Shown in pieces: positions 1-6,271 of a stretch of 32,000 nucleotides of DNA (the stretch's first letter is position 1; every line of letters begins with the position of its first letter). Origin of the DNA: Clostridia bacterium. GTDB lineage: Bacteria > Bacillota > Clostridia > TANB77 > RGIG9151. Location: assembly GCA_017934955.1 (NCBI GenBank), contig JAGBIO010000035.1, positions 32,057 through 64,056 of the forward strand. Direction: 5' to 3'. The position numbers and the translations under genes were made by a program. The notes under the pieces are model-generated. The model was given only the letters and a program-made list of their open reading frames with translations, was not told the origin of the DNA and did no database searches.

Positions 1-168
1 CCGCTTTATGGTTTATACCGCTTTAAAAAAGGATTTAACGGTGATTTTACCGAGTTTGTCGGTGAAATGGATTTGGTATTTAAACCGCTGATTCGTTTTG
101 CTTTCGATAAAGTGGAACCAATTTACAAATCACTTCGCAGAAAGCTCTTCAAAGCGAAAAATTCATAA
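1..168 (+). CDS. FemAB-family peptidoglycan peptidyltransferase, C-terminal fragment (5' end lies outside the window)
   Basis: Frame 1 is open from base 1 to TAA at 166-168. It reads PLYGLYRFKKGFNGDFTEFVGEMDLVFKPL..., which contains the GLYRFKKGF motif typical of FemA/FemB/FemX C-termini. It is absent from the ORF track because no start lies in the window. Confidence 0.65.
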   Translation, partial: PLYGLYRFKKGFNGDFTEFVGEMDLVFKPLIRFAFDKVEPIYKSLRRKLFKAKNS

Positions 169-193
169 GTTTGTCTTAAAGGAGACTTCATAT

Positions 194-1279
194 ATGAAGA
201 AATTAGTTATTGAAAAAGAAAAAATTGTGAGAAATATACAAAAATTAAAGTCCATCACCAATTCTACCATTATTGCGACGCTGAAAAATAACGGCTATGG
301 TCTTGGGCTGGACGAGTTTCCGAAACTTCTTGCAGAATGCGGTATTGACTACTTTGCGGTAGCTACCTTAAAAGAAGCGATTACCTTACGGGAAAACGGT
401 ATCACCAATAAAATTATGATGTTACACTCTACCGCGATTCGGGAGGAGCTTTTAGCGTTAATCGAATACAACATCCTCCCTGCTGTCGGTTCTTTTTCAG
501 CGTTAAATGCAATTTATGAAATTGCAAAAGCCAATAACATCATGCTGGAAATACAGCTTAAAATCGATACGGGATTCGGCAGATTCGGATTTCTTCCGGA
601 AGAAATTCCTCTACTGACACAACGATTAAAGGAAATGAATAACCTCCGCGTCGCCGGTACCTTCTCCCACTTCTCAATGGCGTTTAATCAATCCTCCGAT
701 TACACCGCAAAGCAATTCACAATCTTTAACAAATGCACCGCCGCCATAGAAGACGCCGGAATTGAGCCCGGTGTTCGTCATATTTGCAACTCTTCCGCCT
801 TTTTATTGTACCCGCATATGCACTTAGACGCTGTTCGAATCGGCTCCGCCTTGATCGGAAGAATTTTAACGGAAAATACCTTAAATTTAGAGAAAGTCGA
901 CTATTTAACCGAGCATATCGAAGATATAAAAACTCTTCCGAAAGACCATTATATCGGCTATTCCAATACCTATAAAACCACTCGTGAGACAAAAATCGGA
1001 ATCGTCCCGCTTGGATACTTAGACGGCTTCGGCTTGGAAAAAACACAAGATTGCTTCGGAATTTTAGATACTTTACGAGAAATTTACAACAAATTAAAGA
1101 ATTACAAAAAACAATTTTTCCTATCGGTTGGCGAAAAAAAAGTACCTGTTTTAGGAAAAATAGGTACCAATAACATTATTATTGACCTTACCGACACCAC
1201 CGCAGAAATCGGACAAGAAGTCCGCATCGAAGTCAACCCAATGTTAGTCAACCCAACCATTTCCCGTGTATTTATTTAA
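194..1279 (+). CDS. alr: Alanine racemase family protein (PLP-dependent)
   Basis: ATG at 194 is preceded by a GGAG Shine-Dalgarno. Motifs: ATLKNNGYGLG (PLP-lysine motif region), KIDTGFGRFG, GTFSHF, NSSA, VRIGSALIG, PLGYLDGF. The track ORF starts at an upstream TTG (98), which I consider an over-extension. Confidence 0.85.
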   Translation: MKKLVIEKEKIVRNIQKLKSITNSTIIATLKNNGYGLGLDEFPKLLAECGIDYFAVATLKEAITLRENGITNKIMMLHSTAIREELLALIEYNILPAVGSFSALNAIYEIAKANNIMLEIQLKIDTGFGRFGFLPEEIPLLTQRLKEMNNLRVAGTFSHFSMAFNQSSDYTAKQFTIFNKCTAAIEDAGIEPGVRHICNSSAFLLYPHMHLDAVRIGSALIGRILTENTLNLEKVDYLTEHIEDIKTLPKDHYIGYSNTYKTTRETKIGIVPLGYLDGFGLEKTQDCFGILDTLREIYNKLKNYKKQFFLSVGEKKVPVLGKIGTNNIIIDLTDTTAEIGQEVRIEVNPMLVNPTISRVFI

Positions 1280-1285
1280 GTCAAG

Positions 1286-1512
1286 GGGGCTGTAAAAAAA
1301 CTGCCTCAGAAAAATAAAATTTTCAAAACAGGGACTACAAACCGGAGTACAAAACGAAACGGAATGGGCCGCTTACATCTGCCGTCCAGGGCAGGGGTAA
1401 GCTAAACTCAGCCTCGTGTTGAGTTTACCCATTCCTTATCCGTTTGTACTTGCCGATTCTCCGTCATTGTTTTGAAAATTTTATTTTTCTGAGGCAGTTT
1501 TTTTACAGCCCC
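1286..1512. repeat. 227-bp extended hairpin element (repeat family 2) with perfect 45-bp terminal inverted repeats
   Basis: GGGGCTGTAAAAAAACTGCCTCAGAAAAATAAAATTTTCAAAACA at 1286-1330 is the exact reverse complement of 1468-1512. The interior is also largely self-complementary (GGAGTACAAAACG..ACGGAATGGG pairs with CCCATTCC..CGTTTGTACT). A T-run follows at 1513-1519, and the element sits just after the alr stop. Confidence 0.9.
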
Positions 1513-1628
1513 TTTTTTTCTTCATTCATACTCCCACTTATTGTAGGGGACGGCGTCCTCGACGTCCCGTTTTGCAACGTTTCAATTGAAACAAAAGTGT
1601 TTTGCGTAGGCAAAACACCTAAGGCAAT

Positions 1629-1720
1629 GCGGACGTAACACTGTGAACCGTAGGTGAACAGCTTGTACGTCCTATGCAAAGAAACCCCCAAGAACGTAGT
1701 GATTGGCTGGTTTCGACTGC
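1629..1720 (+). repeat. Repeat family 3 module, copy A (two hairpins with GAACGWAGTGA-type loops)
   Basis: GCGGACGTAACA..CTGT[GAACCGTAGGTGA]ACAG..TACGTCC..CCAA[GAACGTAGTGA]TTGG..CGACTGC. It is homologous to 9491-9582 (minus orientation) and 28977-29068. Confidence 0.75.
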
Positions 1721-1779
1721 GTCGCGAGTTGCGTAGCAACTTTCCTTGCGTACGAGTGTGCATCCTCGCGGAGCGTTTT

Positions 1780-1820
1780 TTGTTGTATAGGCAAAATCTT
1801 TGATTTTTCCTATACAACAA
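1780..1820. repeat. Repeat family 4 hairpin, copy 1
   Basis: TTGTTGTATAGG-caaaatctttgattttt-CCTATACAACAA. The core TTGTATAGGCAAAATCTTTGATTTTTCCTATACAACAAAA recurs identically at 19362-19402. Confidence 0.8.
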
Positions 1821-1846
1821 AAAAGAGACACTAACCTAAGTTAGTG
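1818..1846 (-). terminator. Rho-independent terminator of paralog A
   Basis: On the minus strand the sequence is CACTAAC-TTAG-GTTAGTG followed by TCTCTTTTTT. An identical copy lies at 2783-2811. Confidence 0.8.
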
Positions 1847-1864
1847 CCCCTCGTAGTTTGGTAT

Positions 1865-2650
1865 TCAGTGGGCAGTGCTACCCCTAAGCACGAGAACCCC
1901 CGAGCCTATGTTGCGAGTGCTGTCAGGAAAATTGCGGCAGTAAACATCCGCCACAGGACAGCGGTATCCAAGATTGTAGTAGCTACCACCGCACGCCGCG
2001 AAACCCGCGTTATGGGCAACTATTTTATAGGTGTTACCTACGCCATCGGCAAATCCTCCGACCTTCCGCTTACCGCTCACTTCAAAGTCACCCGAAGCAT
2101 CCGGCGAATTCCGGTAGTTACCGGCACTCGAGCTGTCAGCACAGACGTACTCGAGAGTCCAAAAACCCTTCGCAATCCGGTACGCGTACCAGAGGAAGAG
2201 TTCGTACAGGTTAGCAAGGTCAGAGCCCCACTCAGGAGCGAATTCCTTGCCCTTCGCTTTCCATCCATTGAATGTGAGTCCTCTTGCTACTTCCTCATCG
2301 TTCTTATAGAAAAGCCTTCCGCGGGCATCCATCGATGGCTCGATTGTCGCAATCCGATAGTCGTAGTCGATGACCGTAAGAGCCTCTTCCACAACTTTAA
2401 GAAAGTCCGCCTGTTTCTCCGTCTTAGAAACTACGCCGGGCAGCCATTTCCGGACAAGCTCACGCTCTTTCTTCCCCATCAAGAAAAAATACTTCATCCA
2501 CGACGGTTTTTCCGTCGTCACTTTCTTTTTGGAAAGCAGATTGCCGGATTCGTCAAAGCATACCAGCTTACCGGAAACGGAAATAACCCTGACGCCTTCT
2601 TCGGTAATTTCCACCATACCACCGTTAATCAGTTCGATAACATTTTTCAT
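1865..2650 (-). CDS. Hypothetical protein, paralog A (261 aa) with a possible C-type-lectin/FGE-sulfatase-like C-terminus and a hypervariable patch
   Basis: ATG at 2650 sits 7 nt after GGAGG, and the reading frame looks protein-like. It is a paralog of 2830-3501. The central region (PEWGSDLANLYEL.LWYAYRIAKG.WTLEY, GVGNTYKIVAHNAGFAACGG) is about 90 percent identical between the two. There is no signal peptide. Compared with paralog B it has an extra roughly 38-aa N-terminal insert. Confidence 0.8.
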   Translation of the reverse strand: MKNVIELINGGMVEITEEGVRVISVSGKLVCFDESGNLLSKKKVTTEKPSWMKYFFLMGKKERELVRKWLPGVVSKTEKQADFLKVVEEALTVIDYDYRIATIEPSMDARGRLFYKNDEEVARGLTFNGWKAKGKEFAPEWGSDLANLYELFLWYAYRIAKGFWTLEYVCADSSSAGNYRNSPDASGDFEVSGKRKVGGFADGVGNTYKIVAHNAGFAACGGSYYNLGYRCPVADVYCRNFPDSTRNIGSGVLVLRGSTAH

Positions 2651-2725
2651 TCTACTTCCTCCTTCTTCTTTTACGTCCCCTACTACTATTTTTCATAGGC
2701 TTTCCGTTAAATGCAGCGCTTAGCC

Positions 2726-2754
2726 ATTATATCTCTAAATTATGTAAATGTCAA
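2726..2754 (-). promoter_or_regulatory. Consensus sigma-A type promoter of paralog A
   Basis: On the minus strand: TTGACA (2754-2749), a 17-nt spacer, then TATAAT (2731-2726). A roughly 75-nt leader follows. Confidence 0.75.
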
Positions 2755-2782
2755 GCTAAGAAGGATAGGAATAATCATAAGG

Positions 2783-2811
2783 CAAAAAAGAGACACTAAC
2801 CTAAGTTAGTG
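2783..2811 (-). terminator. Rho-independent terminator of paralog B
   Basis: The same CACTAAC-TTAG-GTTAGTG hairpin plus T-run as at 1818-1846. Confidence 0.8.
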
Positions 2812-2829
2812 CCCCTCGTAGTTTGGTAT

Positions 2830-3501
2830 TCAGTGGTCAGTGCTACGCCTAAGCACGAGAACCCCAGAGCCGTAGAAGCAAGTGAGGTCCGGATAACGTT
2901 CGCGAACATCCGCCACAGGATAGTTGTCCCCATTATTGCTGCAGTTACCGCCGCACGCCGCGAAACCCGCGTTATGGGCAACTATTTTATAGGTGTTACC
3001 TACACCGTCATAAAATCCGCCAACTTTCCGCTTACCGCTCACTTCAAATCCCTGCGAAGCATCCGGCGAATTCCAGTAGTTACCGGCGCTCGAGCTGTCA
3101 TCACAGATGTACTCGAGAGTCCACAAACCCTTCGCAATCCGGTACGCGTACCAGAGGTAGAGTTCGTACAGGTTAGCAAGGTCAGAACCCCACTCAGGAA
3201 CAAATTCCTTGCCTTTGACTTTCCATTCATTACAACAAATTCCTCTTGCCACTTTATCGCCGGCATTGTAGAAAATCCTTCCGCTACCAGAGTACATCGA
3301 CGGCTCGATCACTGCAATCCGGTAATCGTAACCGACAGACTCAAGTGCCTCTTCCACGACCTCCAGAAATTCCTTCTCTCTCTTCGTCTCAGGAAACACG
3401 CCGGACAGCCATTCCCGGACAAGCTCACGCTCTTCCTTACCCATCAAGAAAAAATACTTCATCCACGACGGCTTTTCCAACGTTGCTACAACATTTTTCA
3501 T
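2830..3501 (-). CDS. Hypothetical protein, paralog B (223 aa) of the same family
   Basis: ATG at 3501 has the same GGAGG context. The C-terminus reads ...GVGNTYKIVAHNAGFAACGG-NCSNNGDNY-PVADV-RERYPDLTCFY-GSGVLVLRRSTDH. Confidence 0.8.
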   Translation of the reverse strand: MKNVVATLEKPSWMKYFFLMGKEERELVREWLSGVFPETKREKEFLEVVEEALESVGYDYRIAVIEPSMYSGSGRIFYNAGDKVARGICCNEWKVKGKEFVPEWGSDLANLYELYLWYAYRIAKGLWTLEYICDDSSSAGNYWNSPDASQGFEVSGKRKVGGFYDGVGNTYKIVAHNAGFAACGGNCSNNGDNYPVADVRERYPDLTCFYGSGVLVLRRSTDH

Positions 3502-3576
3502 TCTACTTCCTCCTTCTTCTTTTACGTCCCCTACTACTATTTTTCATAGGCTTTCCGTTAAATGCAGCACTTAGCC

Positions 3577-3605
3577 ATTATATATCAAAATTATGTAAAT
3601 GTCAA
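3577..3605 (-). promoter_or_regulatory. Consensus sigma-A type promoter of paralog B
   Basis: On the minus strand: TTGACA (3605-3600), a 17-nt spacer, then TATAAT (3582-3577). The leader differs from the paralog A leader at one position. Confidence 0.75.
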
Positions 3606-3634
3606 ATTTCACCGTTTTCATTCTCTCTCAATCG

Positions 3635-3787
3635 GTTACAGTTCAGATTCGAATTTATAGAGACAGCACAAACACTGTAGGGACAGCATTCATGCTGTCC
3701 ACAGAAAAGGCAGAAAGCAGGACAGCATAAATGCTGTCCCTACGATGATTGTGCCATCATTATAGAAGACATCGTCTGAACTGTAGC
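3635..3787. repeat. Two-hairpin REP/MITE-like element (repeat family 1), full-length copy
   Basis: Ends are GTTACAGTTCAGA...TCTGAACTGTAG. Internal palindromes are GGACAGCAT-TC-ATGCTGTCC (3681-3700) and GGACAGCAT-AA-ATGCTGTCC (3720-3739), separated by ACAGAAAAGGCAGAAAGCA. Confidence 0.88.
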
Positions 3788-3805
3788 CTCAATTGTTATT
3801 CAAAG

Positions 3806-4519
3806 TCAACACATTCCTCCGTTAACAGAAAGCACCTGACCGGTTATGTAATTCGACGCCTCTGACGCTAAAAAGAATACCGCTTCTGCAATATCTTCTA
3901 CTGTCCCGATTTGATTCATCGGCACTTCTTCTTTTAATTCCTCCAAATCAAACTGCCGATTCATCTCGGTATCAATAATCCCCGGAGCTACACAATTTAC
4001 TTCAATTCCCGACAACGCAAGCTCCTTGGCAAGTGCCTTTGTAAAACCGATTATGCCTGCTTTTGCGGCAGAATACGACACTTCGCAGGAAGCCCCTACT
4101 TCTCCCCAAATCGAAGAAACGTTAATCACTTTTCCTCTTTTTTCATGAATCATATAAGGAAGAACGCCCTTTGTGCAATTATATACGCCGGTTAAATTTA
4201 CCCGTATCATTTCATCCCAATCCTCATCCGTAATATCTGCAAACGGCTTAATCTGCGAAATTCCGGCATTATTTACCAAAATATCCACTCGTTTTAATTG
4301 TGTAAGCACAAAGTCCATCATCACTTTTACTTCCTGTCGATTTCCCACATCAGCTTTTACTAAAATCAGCTTATCCCCTAATTCTTCCCTCATTTTTAAC
4401 GCTTCTTGATAAGAATTCCGGTAATTCAACACAACCGTATCTCCCGCCGCAATAAATTTTCGGCAAATCGCCGCACCGATTCCCCGCGAACCGCCTGTCA
4501 CCAAAACAACTCTATTCAT
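3806..4519 (-). CDS. Short-chain dehydrogenase/reductase (3-oxoacyl-ACP reductase FabG-like)
   Basis: Motifs: VLVTGGSRGIG (Rossmann TGxxxGxG), NNAG, and a catalytic S...YSAAK (YxxxK). The start is chosen at the ATG giving MNRVVLVTGG. The upstream track start at 4552 adds 11 aa. Confidence 0.85.
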   Translation of the reverse strand: MNRVVLVTGGSRGIGAAICRKFIAAGDTVVLNYRNSYQEALKMREELGDKLILVKADVGNRQEVKVMMDFVLTQLKRVDILVNNAGISQIKPFADITDEDWDEMIRVNLTGVYNCTKGVLPYMIHEKRGKVINVSSIWGEVGASCEVSYSAAKAGIIGFTKALAKELALSGIEVNCVAPGIIDTEMNRQFDLEELKEEVPMNQIGTVEDIAEAVFFLASEASNYITGQVLSVNGGMC

Positions 4520-4563
4520 TTTCTCACAAACCTTTCTCACAATAATTTTCATCTTACCTATTT

Positions 4564-4651
4564 AGTCAAACTATATCACTACCATTGTACGGACAGCATT
4601 TATGCTGTCCTACTTTCTGCCTTTTCTATAAATTTGATTCTGAACTGTAAC
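4564..4651. repeat. Repeat family 1, single-hairpin deletion variant
   Basis: AGTCAAACTATAT...GTACGGACAGCATTTATGCTGTCC(4591-4610)TACTTTCTGCCTTTTCTATAAATTTGATTCTGAACTGTAAC. Relative to the copy at 30772-30924 it lacks the second hairpin, and the deletion lies between CTTTTCT direct repeats. Confidence 0.8.
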
Positions 4652-4777
4652 AAATTGTGTCCCTTCGATTGAAATATCGCTTGTAATATCTTACAAAATA
4701 TTGTATCATTATCTATGGATTACAGTATAACACAATCTAAAATACTGTTTCAATATTTACTTAATGGGGGTATACAA

Positions 4778-5752
4778 ATGAGAAAATATTCAGAACAAAC
4801 TTTTTCTGTCGGCTCGCCGATCTTCTTTATTTTATTGCTGTTAGTTACCGTAGCGGGATTTTCTATGAGAAAACCCATCGGCATGCCGGGATCGCTAAGT
4901 ACCGGAAACGCGTCGATACTTCACATGTTTGGATTTCCGCTTAACTTTCTGTATTCCAATCCGAACATTTTTCATTCGCTAAGCTTTATTCTAAACCTTG
5001 CTACAATTCCGGCTGTTTACTGTTTGGGAAAAGCTGCGATCGGAAGAGTCGCCGGTCTTACCGCTGCAACATTTGTTGCTTTTTACCCTTATTTTGCTGT
5101 TAACGTCTACTCCCCCAACACCTACTTTATCTTCTTTTTTACGCTTTATCTTACCTTTTTGTTTATCAGCTTAACGACCGGAAAAAGAAGATGGCACTAC
5201 GCGTCAGGTATTCTTTTTATGATTAGCGTCATGTTAGAACCAGCCGTATTAATTTTAGGACTGATTCCGTATATCTATAATTTAATTAAACAAAGACATA
5301 TCGCGTTGTTATATGCATTTTTGTTTTTCGTACTGGGACTCGTTACCACGCTTGGCTTATTTGTTTTAATTGCAGCCTTACAGTCAAGAAGCATCAACTT
5401 ACTTCCGCTTGGAAACGTATTTGGTGCATTTTGGAAAAATATTTTGTTATTCTGCAATAACCCTCTTAACTACATTACCAACGTCGTTTATCCATATCTA
5501 CAAAACAACTTCTTGCATCCTGTAACAAACGGGACACATGCTTATTTACACTATATCATTCTTACACTAACGGTTTTAGGGGCGCTTTATTCCTTCGTCA
5601 ACGAACATGTTCGCCTTCTCTCGATAATCTTGATTATTATGCTCTTAACCTTATGCTTTGTACCGTTTGAATACGCCGCCGTCCTTCTTATTTTAATCTT
5701 GTTGGCCGGCTATATGATAGATAAAGTAATTAACGATGTATTTATCCATTAA
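4778..5752 (+). CDS. Polytopic integral membrane protein (possibly GT-C/ArnT-PMT-like glycosyltransferase fold)
   Basis: ATG at 4778 follows GGGGG by 8 nt. There are about 9-10 hydrophobic segments. The function is a guess from overall appearance only. Confidence 0.55.
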   Translation: MRKYSEQTFSVGSPIFFILLLLVTVAGFSMRKPIGMPGSLSTGNASILHMFGFPLNFLYSNPNIFHSLSFILNLATIPAVYCLGKAAIGRVAGLTAATFVAFYPYFAVNVYSPNTYFIFFFTLYLTFLFISLTTGKRRWHYASGILFMISVMLEPAVLILGLIPYIYNLIKQRHIALLYAFLFFVLGLVTTLGLFVLIAALQSRSINLLPLGNVFGAFWKNILLFCNNPLNYITNVVYPYLQNNFLHPVTNGTHAYLHYIILTLTVLGALYSFVNEHVRLLSIILIIMLLTLCFVPFEYAAVLLILILLAGYMIDKVINDVFIH

Positions 5753-5766
5753 GAAAGGAATTTTCT

Positions 5767-6246
5767 ATGTTTCGCAAATTATTTGATAAAATCGATGAAC
5801 TAATTGAAAAATTTAATGAATTAACCAATTTAGATCAAATTGCTATCCAAATTCTTCATTTGATTGAAGAGGTTTTTACCGAAAACTTCTCGGAAGATAT
5901 GGCAGAAAATGAAAAACTCTTTGATGAAGTCATGCAACATTCCGGACTTTGGAAAACGATTGGCAAAAAGCTAAAAAAAGCCATTAAAGAAAAGGAAGAA
6001 TTCTTAAAACAACTCCTTTATATCGCCACCATCATGGCAGAATTCGAACGTCGTTACCGTCAAAAACAAAAAGGCTTAAAGAAAAGTAAAGAAATTGAAA
6101 AAATTATAAAAAAATATACCCGGTATATCCAAGAAGCCATCAAAAATAAAACCTTAGACAAAACTACCTTAGAGAAAACCATTAAAGAACTCCGCCGTTC
6201 CATGGAAAAGGAAATTAAATCGGTTTCCATGGAATTGGACCGATAA
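5767..6246 (+). CDS. Hypothetical K/E-rich coiled-coil protein (159 aa)
   Basis: ATG follows AAAGGAA. The composition is charged and heptad-like. A terminator follows. Confidence 0.6.
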   Translation: MFRKLFDKIDELIEKFNELTNLDQIAIQILHLIEEVFTENFSEDMAENEKLFDEVMQHSGLWKTIGKKLKKAIKEKEEFLKQLLYIATIMAEFERRYRQKQKGLKKSKEIEKIIKKYTRYIQEAIKNKTLDKTTLEKTIKELRRSMEKEIKSVSMELDR

Positions 6247-6271
6247 AAAAACGCCTAACCGGCGTTTTTTT
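6245..6271. terminator. Bidirectional rho-independent terminator between convergent genes
   Basis: AAAAAAACGCC-taacc-GGCGTTTTTTT. It overlaps the nadE stop codon. Confidence 0.8.

Noticed and set aside
1844-2698. A 284-aa plus-strand ORF that is longer than the minus-strand gene it overlaps.
   Set aside because: It starts at a GTG inside the terminator hairpin and has no Shine-Dalgarno. Its R/P/V-rich product looks like typical antisense translation. The minus-strand frame has a GGAGG-ATG start, a consensus promoter and a terminator.
2651-2725. I considered whether the conserved leader is a known riboswitch, such as the preQ1, guanidine or mini-ykkC classes.
   Set aside because: I could not match any consensus that I know. 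The only clear structure is a 4-bp hairpin, and the purine tract is adequately explained as an extended Shine-Dalgarno.
1865-3501. Calling this a complete diversity-generating retroelement.
   Set aside because: No reverse transcriptase, accessory gene or template repeat is visible anywhere in the 32 kb. The second variable block also contains changes that adenine mutagenesis alone cannot explain (an indel and third-position substitutions). It is therefore reported only as a DGR-target-like hypervariable pattern to be tested.
2809-3549. A 246-aa plus-strand ORF antisense to paralog B.
   Set aside because: The reasons are the same as for 1844-2698. It is the duplicated copy of the same antisense artefact.
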